Source of the DNA: Alphaproteobacteria bacterium
GTDB taxonomy: Bacteria; Pseudomonadota; Alphaproteobacteria; Caulobacterales; Aquidulcibacteraceae
DNA: 64,000 nt
Reading direction: 5' to 3'
Assembly: GCA_027485915.1 (NCBI GenBank)
Contig: JAIXQA010000071.1
Coordinates: 30,567-94,566 of the forward strand
The position numbers and the translations under genes are program-made. Position 1 is the stretch's first letter; each line of letters begins with the position of its first letter. Below, piece by piece: positions 17,755 to 27,597 of this stretch. Below the pieces are notes generated by a model. It had not been told where the DNA came from. It saw only the letters and a program-made list of their open reading frames with translations, and searched no databases.

Positions 17755-20700
17755 ATGGCTGACTTAGAGAATAAAGTTATTGCCAATTCAAATTGTTTGG
17801 AACTCGCTGCTCCAAGATGGGCGGCGCTTCTTGCCTTCTTAATCGGCCTCCTGTCCGGCAATCTGGCTTTAGCCCAAGCCAGTCCAGCTTACGCAGGTTT
17901 GCATGCTCCACTTGTGCGGAGCATGGACAGCAACAATGTAAACTTGTTGGCGGGGCCCAGTTTTGTCGTAACCGACGTTACAATTGGTGATCCCCAAGTT
18001 GGTGGCCTCGAGTTTTCGAGGTCCTTCAATACAGTACACGGAGGTCTCTTTGGGAGCTGGACAGTCAGTCCGGGGTCCGAGCAGGTAGTTGGGACCAATG
18101 GTTGGGTGGCGGAAGACTATTCAGCTTATCTCGGCTATGGCGTCACGTATGGGCACGGCAGCCAAGTTTTCGAACTCACAGGTGGTGCTGAAGCTGGCGG
18201 CACATATATCTCGCAAGCAGCAAACGGCGAAACTCTAGAAATCGATTTATTCAATAATCAATTCACTGATCGCAGTCGCTTTTCTTTCTACAAAAGGGAC
18301 GGAAGCCGATTAGTTTTTGAGCGGCGTCTTTTGAGGTCCGTCGAAAAGCCAAATGGAATTGTGATTACATATAACTACGCAAGTGTTTTGGATTCTGGCT
18401 ATACGCGAGAAATTCTGCGGTCGGTGACCTCCAACGCGGGCTATATGCTTCACTTCCAGTACGGCTCTCCCGGTACAGGTCTGAGATATGAAGTGAGCGA
18501 GCATAGCTTTGAGATAACCAAAGTTGTCGGGATTAATACGAGAATTTATCCGTGCGACCCGCTGGCGGTAATCTGCGCTGATGCATTCAACGGAGTGACT
18601 TGGCCTTCCGTTACTTTTAGGCGGGAATCAGCTGGGCTTATGCTGGTGGGCAGCTATTCAGACGGGCGCTTAACAAAATTTAGGTCTGAATACTCAAATA
18701 CCGCAACCTATATGCCAGGTAGTTGGGCAAAAGCGGAATTGAGCATTCAAAGCGCAGCTGGAAACAGCATTTCGATTGGAAGCTATCAGGCGACCCGCTT
18801 TACCAACTATATTCAAACGAGCCAAGTATCACGCAATGGTTCGTTCAACTATCGGTTTGATACCCAAGGCGGAGGTCAAAACGGGATTATTGAGCCATTG
18901 CGGATAATTGGCGGTTCAGTAACTGGACCCGCGAGCTATACCTCCAGTTGGACCACCGATCAGCAGTGTCAGTTTACAGTCTTCGGCATTTGCAGTCCTG
19001 ATCTTCTTTCGACAGTAACCGTCAATGGCCGCACCACAAGGTATGCCTATGGCTGTGCCAACCCTGAATGCATGATGACTGATTGGAATCCTAAGCGATT
19101 AATCCGTGTGACTCAGCATGATGGAGACTATACCGATGTTCAATACGATAAGCGGGGCAATATTCTAAAGCTTATAAAGACCCCGAAGCCAGGTTCTGGC
19201 CTCGCTGTGATCGTTGAAACTGCTGTTTACCCAGAGGTTGGCAGTCTTTTGTGCGTTAACCGGAAAACCTGCAATCAACCTATCTCGACTAGGGACGCGG
19301 CAGGTAACCAAACAGATTATATTTATGAGGCTGCCCGCGGTGACTTACTGAGCAAGATTGCACCGGCTCCGGGTGGAACGGGGCCCTATGCAACAGTGCG
19401 CCCAACAACCAATTATACCTATGAGAATGTTGGCGGCTCCGGTATCTGGAAACTCAAGACGACCTCAATATGTGCCATAGCAGCGACTTGCTCCGGAAGC
19501 GCAAGCAATTCAGTAGTTCAATTCAATTACAATCATCCCAACTATCTCTTGTCAGACGAGACAAAGTCCTCTGGAGATGGTGCCATTACGGCCACGACAG
19601 CACTGACTTACACCGCACTTGGTGACCTGGAGTCGACGGACGGACCGTTGCCTGGCACCTTTGATAAGTCGTGGGCTTTTTACGATGTGATGCGCCGAAA
19701 AGTTGCAACAGTAGGGCCTGATCCAGACGAAGGGGGGCCACTATTGCCCCGTGCTCAAAAATTGACTCTAAACGCTGCTGGGCTTGTTACACTGACAGAT
19801 ATCGGGACGGTTGCTTCGCCACAAAATTGGGCCAGCCTTACCGTCCTTAAACGAGAGGAAACAGCATACGATAGCTATGGGAGGAAAACGCGCCAACTGG
19901 TGCGCGATTATACTTTGGCGGGCGGAGCCATCCAAAGGGCAACAAACTGGAGCTATGATGGTGCAGGAAGGGTCCAATGTGAAGCAAATCGCATGAACCC
20001 CGCCTCCTTTCTGCAGGCAGTTTCGGCGTGCGTCCAGACAACTCAAAATCCAAGCTTTGGTCCAGATCGAATTACCCGTACTAGCTATACGGCGAATGGC
20101 GACATTTCGAAGATTGAAGAGGGCTTAGGCACACCGCTTTTGCGAAATGCACGAGTCATGACCTATCTGGCACCAGGGCAAGTCTCCACAATTTCTGACG
20201 CCAATGGGAACCGGACTACTTATTCATATGATGGATTTAATCGTCTGATTAAGACGCGTTTCCCTAGTGCGACAACGGCCGGGACCAGCTCTACTACTGA
20301 CTACACCGCCGAAACCTTTGATAATTTCGGTCGACCGAAAACTCAGCGCACGCGAAGCGGTTATGTCTTTACTTTGAGTTACGACAACCTCAGTCGGGTT
20401 GTGTCGCGTATTGGAGCTGGAAATTCAACAACTTATGCCTTTGCGTATGACGTAAAGGGCCGAACACTAAGCACCACAAATGTTCAGTCGGGTGTAAGCA
20501 CCATTGCATCGGCAACCTACGATGCATTTGATCGGCAGATTACCGATACGACGCCAAATGGCACTGTCAGTTATGTCTATGATGCGGCTGATCGCAGGGC
20601 TCGCCTGACTTGGCCCAATGGTTATTTTGTTACATACGAATATGACAGGACTAATGCCTTAAAAGCGATTAGGGACAACACTGCAGCACTTTTGGTGAGC

Positions 20701-22137
20701 TACAATTATGACAATTTAGGCCGACGCTCGCAAATTGCGCGTGGCAATTCAACAACAACTAACTATGCCTATGAAGCCAGCGGGGGACTTGATAGTTTGT
20801 CTCACGATCTTGCGGGGACAGTCAACGACACCGCAAGTGCCTTTGACTATAATAGCGTTGGCCAAATCACTACGCGAAACATTTCAAATGCTGCTTACCG
20901 TTGGAATGCGTCAACATTGGTCAATGATGCTTATGTTCCAAACGGACTCAACCAGATCGGTTCACGAAACGGAATTGCCTTTTCCTATGACACACAAGGC
21001 AACCTCACTTCTGACGGCAACAACACGTTTCAATACGACAAAGAAAATCGGCTAATCGCATCACCTTCGCGTGGTATTGCCATTAAGTATGACGCCCTGG
21101 GAAGGCTTGCTAGCACAAGTGCGGCCTTGATCGGAACTGCTCAGTTCCTTTATGATGGCAGGCAATTGATTTGGGAAAGCAGCGAGGATGGGTCACAGCG
21201 GCTTTTTGTGCACGGGGTAGGGCCCGATGAGCCCGTCTTGGCAATCGAGAACGGTACGAAATATTGGTACCACGCTGATGAACGCGGTTCGATTGTCGCG
21301 CGATCAGATAGTGCGGGTAACCTCGTAGGTGCAGTCAATACATATGACGAATTTGGCATTCCCTCGGCATCGAACTCGGGAAGGCTGCAATATACCGGGC
21401 AAATGTGGCTGCCTACTTTGCAACTCTATCACTATAAGGCTCGCCAGTATCGACCTGACCTTGGTCGATTCATGCAGACTGACCCAATTGGATATACGGA
21501 TCAGATCAACCTGTATGCTTATGTTGGTAATGATCCTATTAACAAGAGCGACCCCACAGGGCTAGCGCAAGATTGCGGAAACGGAACAGCAGCCATGCCT
21601 GGCGGGTGTCCAATTTCGCCAAATATGATGATGCCCGCAGATATGGCGGGCGTTAATTTCTACGGAGGCCGAATAGGAGTATCTTCGCCAGGTTATGCGC
21701 GAAATCAGAGAATAAGCGCGGAAGCCGCAAACAGAGACGCTGCCTTTGGCCAGTATAATGCGCCACCATATCGCGCTGGCACAACTGTTGTAGAAGGACG
21801 CACTACACGAGAAATGATCACTTTGCGGTTTTCGGCGCCATCTGCAACCAATCCCAAGGGGCAAGGTGGGTGGGTTGCGCCAAACGATCCAGCGCTACTG
21901 GCCATGACACCGAAAGAGATTCAGATCGCACTACAATTGCCAACCACGCCAACTCACGTTTCAATGGTCCGCATTCCCGCTGGCACCGAGACACAAATTG
22001 GTATGGTGGGCCAACAGCCAGGCTTAGCGGCTCCGCCTTCGAGCAGCGTTCAAATCCGATTGCTTGAAAGAGTTCCAAGCAGTAATTGGGGTGACCCGGT
22101 TCCAATAGGGGAACGGCCACCCCTTCCACAGCATTAA
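17755..22137 (+). CDS. RHS/YD-repeat polymorphic toxin with signal peptide
   Basis: YD repeats; RHS core end LQYTGQMW...[22 protein letters not shown]...[18 protein letters not shown]; ~145 aa variable tip; Sec-like leader ending ALAQA; start ATG 17755 (ORF track 17716). Confidence 0.95.
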   Translation: MADLENKVIANSNCLELAAPRWAALLAFLIGLLSGNLALAQASPAYAGLHAPLVRSMDSNNVNLLAGPSFVVTDVTIGDPQVGGLEFSRSFNTVHGGLFGSWTVSPGSEQVVGTNGWVAEDYSAYLGYGVTYGHGSQVFELTGGAEAGGTYISQAANGETLEIDLFNNQFTDRSRFSFYKRDGSRLVFERRLLRSVEKPNGIVITYNYASVLDSGYTREILRSVTSNAGYMLHFQYGSPGTGLRYEVSEHSFEITKVVGINTRIYPCDPLAVICADAFNGVTWPSVTFRRESAGLMLVGSYSDGRLTKFRSEYSNTATYMPGSWAKAELSIQSAAGNSISIGSYQATRFTNYIQTSQVSRNGSFNYRFDTQGGGQNGIIEPLRIIGGSVTGPASYTSSWTTDQQCQFTVFGICSPDLLSTVTVNGRTTRYAYGCANPECMMTDWNPKRLIRVTQHDGDYTDVQYDKRGNILKLIKTPKPGSGLAVIVETAVYPEVGSLLCVNRKTCNQPISTRDAAGNQTDYIYEAARGDLLSKIAPAPGGTGPYATVRPTTNYTYENVGGSGIWKLKTTSICAIAATCSGSASNSVVQFNYNHPNYLLSDETKSSGDGAITATTALTYTALGDLESTDGPLPGTFDKSWAFYDVMRRKVATVGPDPDEGGPLLPRAQKLTLNAAGLVTLTDIGTVASPQNWASLTVLKREETAYDSYGRKTRQLVRDYTLAGGAIQRATNWSYDGAGRVQCEANRMNPASFLQAVSACVQTTQNPSFGPDRITRTSYTANGDISKIEEGLGTPLLRNARVMTYLAPGQVSTISDANGNRTTYSYDGFNRLIKTRFPSATTAGTSSTTDYTAETFDNFGRPKTQRTRSGYVFTLSYDNLSRVVSRIGAGNSTTYAFAYDVKGRTLSTTNVQSGVSTIASATYDAFDRQITDTTPNGTVSYVYDAADRRARLTWPNGYFVTYEYDRTNALKAIRDNTAALLVSYNYDNLGRRSQIARGNSTTTNYAYEASGGLDSLSHDLAGTVNDTASAFDYNSVGQITTRNISNAAYRWNASTLVNDAYVPNGLNQIGSRNGIAFSYDTQGNLTSDGNNTFQYDKENRLIASPSRGIAIKYDALGRLASTSAALIGTAQFLYDGRQLIWESSEDGSQRLFVHGVGPDEPVLAIENGTKYWYHADERGSIVARSDSAGNLVGAVNTYDEFGIPSASNSGRLQYTGQMWLPTLQLYHYKARQYRPDLGRFMQTDPIGYTDQINLYAYVGNDPINKSDPTGLAQDCGNGTAAMPGGCPISPNMMMPADMAGVNFYGGRIGVSSPGYARNQRISAEAANRDAAFGQYNAPPYRAGTTVVEGRTTREMITLRFSAPSATNPKGQGGWVAPNDPALLAMTPKEIQIALQLPTTPTHVSMVRIPAGTETQIGMVGQQPGLAAPPSSSVQIRLLERVPSSNWGDPVPIGERPPLPQH

Positions 22138-22158
22138 TAGCATTTAAGGACAGTTGTT

Positions 22159-22551
22159 TTGGATAGAGACCTTCAAATCCTTTTGTCGCGTCAAATAACC
22201 ATGTCCGTTGCGATGCCTTGGGGCAGGATCGCGTGTTACGAGACTGAAAATGGGACGATCGACGACATAACTGACAAACGAAAGCCGGCTGTCAATTTAA
22301 ACTATGAAGAGCGATTGGCCTATTACAAGATTTTCCTTTTCAAATATGCGAACAGCAATATCGTGGCGACAAACCATGATGGAAGCGTCAGATGGATTAT
22401 TCATGGGTTTACAGATTTTGGCGAACACCAACCGTTCATTGGGGTGGCGTTTGTCGATGGAAAAATTAAAGCTGAAAATTGGGTTGGGCGAGTATATGAT
22501 GTGGATCCAGAAACAGGACAATGTTCGAATGAAGTACTAAAATTACTCTGA
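22159..22551 (+). CDS. Candidate cognate immunity protein
   Basis: Small ORF 21 bp after the RHS stop, same strand; NIVAT..DGSVRW...PFIGV.....AENWVG....VDPETG. Confidence 0.65.
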   Translation: MDRDLQILLSRQITMSVAMPWGRIACYETENGTIDDITDKRKPAVNLNYEERLAYYKIFLFKYANSNIVATNHDGSVRWIIHGFTDFGEHQPFIGVAFVDGKIKAENWVGRVYDVDPETGQCSNEVLKLL

Positions 22552-23161
22552 TTCATCTATTGTTTTCAGGACATGTGACTAAATGATATTGGCGCGGCTT
22601 GCCAGCACGTGAACCACCATTTTTCAAGGGCCCTGTGAGATCTGATGGCATCGGAAGAGCAAGGTTGAGTACTGCGGAAGGGTAAGCGTTCAAGCTTGGC
22701 GGACCGGAGGTGTAGTTGGTTGATGTAACGCAATGGTCAGACCCACGGATGTAGAGCGACATATTCGCTTTAAAGCTTTGGACTCTAGGGCAGCCTGAGT
22801 CCCCAAAAGCGAAAGTACAAGACCATCACAGTAGCTACGACTCTTGCCAATAGCATCTCGATCATTGAGCTGGACTGCCCCGTTAGGGGTAATATAACTC
22901 CAATGTTTTAGTACCTCCGGCAAGCTAGGCTTGGAGTGTTCGAACATCGTGAAGGCGACTGATGCGCGCGGGACCTTACAACCTGATTGACAGGGCTGAT
23001 CATTTAAAGGCCAAGACAATGACGACCTTGCCGCGATTAGACGAACGGACTTTGAGCAGCCAATGCGGGTAACGCAGCGCGTCCCGGCGGTTTACGATTT
23101 ACTAGGCGCTTACGGCTCGCTTTAAAATTGTCATTAGCCTACAATCTAATAGTGAATTCTT

Positions 23162-23584
23162 TTAGTTGCAACTCGCAGTTTGCAAAACACGCGTCCCGCC
23201 TGAACAAACATAAGTCGCAGTACCAGTCCAGATAAACCGGCCAGGATCCACAAATGACTGCGAGACGCCGGGACTGACTGCGGGAACAAAGCTATCGCCT
23301 GACGTGCAGGTTTTTCCGGCAACAGTCCATGTGAGTGGCTGGCCGCTCATTTCAGGACAGCTTGTCGCCGGAGCAGACATAGCAGCTCTTGCTGCCGGAG
23401 ACGACACCGAAACACGGTTGTCAGCTTTATCAAAAGCATAATTGACTGTTTTGCCATTATCTTTAACAACTTGTACAAGCCTGCCAAGTGCATCGTAAGT
23501 GTAGGTTTCCGCAGATGCAAACGGGACCGCTACAGCCATCACTCCAAGCAAGCCTAGTAAAATAAGAGCTCTTTTCTTGATCAT
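23162..23584 (-). CDS. Small secreted YD-repeat protein with Cys-rich C-terminal module
   Basis: Signal peptide (…PFASA), ETYTYDALGRL…YAFDKADNR, C-terminal domain with 4 Cys. Confidence 0.8.
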   Translation of the reverse strand: MIKKRALILLGLLGVMAVAVPFASAETYTYDALGRLVQVVKDNGKTVNYAFDKADNRVSVSSPAARAAMSAPATSCPEMSGQPLTWTVAGKTCTSGDSFVPAVSPGVSQSFVDPGRFIWTGTATYVCSGGTRVLQTASCN

Positions 23585-23621
23585 CTTACCACTCCAGAAG
23601 GCTTGGTTGCCGAATAAATAA

Positions 23622-24140
23622 TTACTTATTCTCTCTAGCTAGCGCTCCGCGAGCACGAGAATATTGGTTAGCATATTTGTAGGAAGCTTGCACGCAATTT
23701 GTTGCAAATACAACTAGCCGCTCATCTTGGCCTGGAAATTGGCGTGCAAACAATCGAAGTTCGCGATTACGATCTAGGCTAGGCCGTTCTTCGTTTACTT
23801 CAAGCATCCGCGAAAGTGTGCCGATAACTAAGGAGGCCTTTAGAAGGTCATTCTGCCGAAGTCTTGCAGCCCCAAGGCTCAAAGTAGCTTGCTGGTTTGG
23901 CAATGTGCCCGCGAGATTTTGTAATGCCGCGCTGCACCGACCAAAATAAATCGCCCGCCCCGGATCACTTGGAAGACGCCCCGGCCCTCGGTTATTGCCT
24001 TCCCTGGCAGTTGGCAAGAAAAGCGCATCAGCTGGCAACCTTTGAAGCTCTTGGTTTCGGAAATATTCTTGGAGCCCGGCGGACACGAATAGTAGGACTA
24101 CAAATGCGAAGGCAATCAAACCTGAGTTGCGGATTATCAT
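23622..24140 (-). CDS. Hypothetical N-terminally anchored protein
   Basis: 172 aa, N-terminal hydrophobic helix; 37 bp upstream of the YD gene, same strand. Confidence 0.6.
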   Translation of the reverse strand: MIIRNSGLIAFAFVVLLFVSAGLQEYFRNQELQRLPADALFLPTAREGNNRGPGRLPSDPGRAIYFGRCSAALQNLAGTLPNQQATLSLGAARLRQNDLLKASLVIGTLSRMLEVNEERPSLDRNRELRLFARQFPGQDERLVVFATNCVQASYKYANQYSRARGALARENK

Positions 24141-24589
24141 AGAAACACACGACTACTTAAAGGACACAACAGTACCCTGCCTCTTTTGTGCGCTAGCTGC
24201 AACATGGCTTGGCCTTCGCATCAAACAGAGTCTCAGCAAAAGATTGGGTAGGACACAAAATCCAGCTTAGAACACGACACTGGGGCCACTTTCACTAGTC
24301 CGAAAAACTACTTTGAATTTCGCCTACCTTGGTTGACCTCTCGGTCTCGGAAAAGGCGAAACTGAGGCCAAACAATACCTCTCAGCTTTGGGCTACTCGC
24401 TAGTGTTAAGACACCTGAGGTATGACCCAGGCCCGTAGCATGTGCTGCACGCTATCAGTATCTATAATCGACTTGAAGTGCACCCATTCTGCTTCCCAGT
24501 TAATGTCCGCTTTCGAGCCACCGCCAACACACCTCTATCGGCAACCCTTGGCGCAAAGCAGACGAGATGGCTCCCACTCAACGCCTCGC

Positions 24590-25822
24590 TCACCCCACGC
24601 GCGTCCCCAAAATCTGATCCGCCACGGTTTCCGCCGCGCGGCGGACCGGGTCATCCGACAAGTGCGCGTAGCGTTGCGTCGTTGAGGCTTGCGTGTGGCC
24701 GAGGGCTTTGCCGATTACGTAGAGGCTCGCGCCGCGTGCGGCGGCGAAGCTGGCGAACGAATGGCGTAGGTCATGCAGCCGCACACCCTGAAGGTTCAGG
24801 CTTTGGCGGACTTTTTCCCAAGACTTGTAGAGCCCGACCGTTGGGCCATCTGACCCAGTGAGAGAAGGGAACACATAGCGGGAAGAGCGGGGGCGGTCTG
24901 TTAGCTCGGCCAGAGAGGCAGAGTTTAGGGGAATGACTTTCTCGCCGGTTTTGGAGCGTCCTCGGGGCAGGACAATCCGGCCACGTTCAAGGTCGAGCTC
25001 GTTCCACATCAGGCCCAAGATCTCGCTCTTTCTGGCACCAGTGAACAGAAGCAGGCGGATAATGGTTGCATGACTCTCGTCGATCTCGGCATTCTCGGTC
25101 AAGACCACGAGTTTGGCTAACAGGTTTCGCGCTTCTTCGGTCGTCAGGAAGCGCTCACGGCGACCTGGCTTAAATTTCTCGACCCCAATGCAGGGATTGG
25201 TCTCGCTAAACCCGTTGCGCACAGCCCAAGACATCATGGCCGAAAACGAACGAATGAGGCCACCAGCTGAGGTTTGCCCGCCCGAGATGCGTGCGAGGCC
25301 TCGGGCCTTGGTTTTGATCCTTGCGGCTGTTTTCCCTGCGGCGACGTCTGCCTGCATCCGCTCAATATCTTGGCGGGTGAGATCGCGGGCAAATCGCTTG
25401 CCGATGAGGGGAATGGCATGGCGTCGCAGGAGCGATGCATCGTTGGCCCAAGAGGATTCCCGCTTGTTAGGCTTCGCCATCCGGCCTTCTACCATATAGC
25501 GTTCAATCAGCGCCGCCACGGTCAAAGCGGCGCGCGCTTCCTGCTTCTCAAGTTGGGGATCAATGCCATCGAGAGCGTCAGCCAACATATAGCGTGCCCG
25601 TTCGCGTGCTTGCTCGACCGTCCAGGGGCTGCCTAAGTCTCCGATCGTCATCCAGCGTTGCAGCGAGCCGATGCGAAGCTTCACTCCAAAGGACACCCGA
25701 CCGTTATGAAAGATGCGCGCGACAAAACCTTTCGCGTCGCTGTCCCAAAGGCGCGTCTCGCCAGACGCAGGCCGCACAACTGAATCGAGAAGTCGCTTTG
25801 TTAGTTTAACCCGCTCGCCCAT
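24590..25822 (-). CDS. int: Tyrosine recombinase/integrase with N-terminal arm-binding domain
   Basis: FTGARKSE (R), KTGEK (K), LHDLRHSFAS (HxxR), LGH, TQRYAH (Y); P4-type N-terminus; 250 bp from attR. Confidence 0.96.
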   Translation of the reverse strand: MGERVKLTKRLLDSVVRPASGETRLWDSDAKGFVARIFHNGRVSFGVKLRIGSLQRWMTIGDLGSPWTVEQARERARYMLADALDGIDPQLEKQEARAALTVAALIERYMVEGRMAKPNKRESSWANDASLLRRHAIPLIGKRFARDLTRQDIERMQADVAAGKTAARIKTKARGLARISGGQTSAGGLIRSFSAMMSWAVRNGFSETNPCIGVEKFKPGRRERFLTTEEARNLLAKLVVLTENAEIDESHATIIRLLLFTGARKSEILGLMWNELDLERGRIVLPRGRSKTGEKVIPLNSASLAELTDRPRSSRYVFPSLTGSDGPTVGLYKSWEKVRQSLNLQGVRLHDLRHSFASFAAARGASLYVIGKALGHTQASTTQRYAHLSDDPVRRAAETVADQILGTRVG

Positions 25823-25926
25823 AATCTACTCCTGTCGAACAAACTTGACCCAATTTTCGACTGCCAGATTTTGCTACCTTTCAGACGCATAAAACGTGCC
25901 AAATCGTCAGTCTGAATCTCGCAGTT

Positions 25927-25946
25927 TGCTACCAATTTGCTACCAA
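25927..25946 (+). repeat. Putative integrase arm-type sites, right arm
   Basis: TGCTACCAATTTGCTACCAA identical to 4423-4442; partial TTGCTACC at 25871. Confidence 0.7.
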
Positions 25947-26071
25947 CTGAACGGATTTCGTCAGAAAATGACGGAAGCGTCAAGAATGAGGCGGAATGGC
26001 AACCCGATGAAATATATATGAAAAATCACAAATTGGAACGTTCAGGAATAAGGCAAAAATGTGGCATGAAA

Positions 26072-26121
26072 AGACTACGAATCTGAGGGTCGGGCGTTCG
26101 AATCGCTCCGGGCGCGCCATT
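26072..26121 (+). repeat. attR core (duplicated tRNA-Arg 3' half)
   Basis: Exact copy of 4329-4378; lacks the tRNA 5' half. Confidence 0.95.
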
Positions 26122-26965
26122 TTCTCCGAGACATTTTCGGTTCAAGCCAAACCCCTAGCGGGGTCTGCAGCCAAATACCAAAAACCTAGTGAAGTTATCT
26201 GGAACGACTTTTTTCTGCAGTGGTAGCAGCAGTGACCACCAGAACATTGGTAGCAAACGGGCATTTCGGCGCTTTCTGAGTGTTTCCAGCCCATTCTGAT
26301 CGTTACGATTCGTTTCGATGGCTGTGCAATGCGTCTTCACTAATGACGCAGACGGCACTTTTCTTTAGTAACGATTTTCGCTGTTAACGCGTGCGTGAAT
26401 AGCCCAGCTTCTTAGTATTCGGCATTCGTCATCAATCTGAGCTTTGACTAATGACTCATTGCTTCAACTTGCGCTTGAACTGGCGGCTCGGATTCTAATC
26501 AAACTTGATCGCGGCCGTTGTCCTTGTGAAATGCGTCCAAGGCTGGCGGTCAAGGGGAATGGTCGGCCTGCCGATCACGCTAATTTCGATCAACGCGCAA
26601 CTTCGACCCTTGCGGATCGAAACGCGCTAAGGCGTGACCCCTTGAGGGCCAGATTGGGGGCTATAAAATCACTCAACAGCTTCAGGGCAAGCACAGCGCC
26701 GCATTGAAGCTGTTCCTAGGCGTCCTAGAGCGTGGCTCTTGTTTGCTTCATTTGGGTCGTGGATACGCAAACTAACTCGGTCTGCTTTGTGCCAAACTAG
26801 GTCACTAAACCGCAATTCAATGGAGCCCGAAAGCGGACATAGGTTGGGGGGAATAGTGGAGGTCGGATAAGCTTAAGCTGGGGTACCTCGTTAGCGAAAA
26901 TCGCACAAAGACAAAATTAACCGAAGCAAATTCCTCTCTCTTTGATAGAATTGAGAGGAGCGCCT

Positions 26966-27499
26966 ATGCAAAAGCATCCATCGGGTGGAGCACCGCTAAC
27001 AAACCTAGAGCCTGCAATTCTGTTCAGCCAAGATCGAAAGGTCATTGCTGCTTCGCCGTATCAAATGGATTGGCAGGATATCAGAGCGCGGTTCGCCAAA
27101 ACGCCTTATCGCCACGCTTTGGCCGACAAATTTGAGGCTTGGGCAAGGCTGGCTACCGAAGCCCTTTTCATCGAACAAATTTGGTTAGGCGGCAGCTTTT
27201 GCTCTGATAAGGAGTTTCCCAAGGACATTGATGCAGTCTTATTCTTTCGTCATCCTCGGCCCCTCTTTAAGTCAGAGGAGCGCGACCAGTTTCTTTATGA
27301 CAATGCCGATGTCTTTGATCGCGCTGTGGTTCAAGAACAGTTCAGCCTTGATCTAGCCTCCATCGCTATGGATATCAGCCGCATCTCTTTGGTGAACTTT
27401 GCTGCTTACTGGGCGATGGTTTATTCAAACGGGCCAGATGGGACACGACGCGCCTTCTACTCCGTTCCCGGGGAAACGCTATCCAGACAAGAAACCTAA
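26966..27499 (+). CDS. Minimal Pol-beta-type nucleotidyltransferase-like protein (DUF6932-like)
   Basis: IWLGGSFCSDKEFPKDIDAV (GS...DxD); GAGGAG RBS before ATG 26966. Confidence 0.7.
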   Translation: MQKHPSGGAPLTNLEPAILFSQDRKVIAASPYQMDWQDIRARFAKTPYRHALADKFEAWARLATEALFIEQIWLGGSFCSDKEFPKDIDAVLFFRHPRPLFKSEERDQFLYDNADVFDRAVVQEQFSLDLASIAMDISRISLVNFAAYWAMVYSNGPDGTRRAFYSVPGETLSRQET

Positions 27500-27523
27500 A
27501 GCAGAAAAAAATATATTTAACTC

Positions 27524-27539
27524 TTAAGTAAAATTTAAC
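27524..27539. promoter_or_regulatory. CtrA consensus box
   Basis: TTAA-GTAAAAT-TTAAC is a perfect TTAA-N7-TTAAC ~60 bp upstream of 27598; AT-rich context makes a chance match possible. Confidence 0.45.
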
Positions 27540-27597
27540 TAACTCACAGCAATTCTATCAGAATTGATTATCCATACCTCGTCTGAGGAGGTTTGCC

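Larger units (their letters stand above)
4329..26121. mobile_element. ~21.8 kb integrative island in tRNA-Arg
   Basis: 50-bp perfect direct repeat (4329-4378 = 26072-26121) of the tRNA 3' half; tyrosine integrase next to the right repeat; accessory cargo; no conjugation or capsid genes seen. Confidence 0.93.

Noticed and set aside
24422-24861. Plus-strand ORFs overlapping the integrase 3' end
   Set aside because: Antisense shadows with no motifs.
26072-26121. Second tRNA-Arg gene
   Set aside because: Only the 3' 48 nt plus 2 flanking bases are duplicated; no D arm or 5' acceptor strand, so it is attR.
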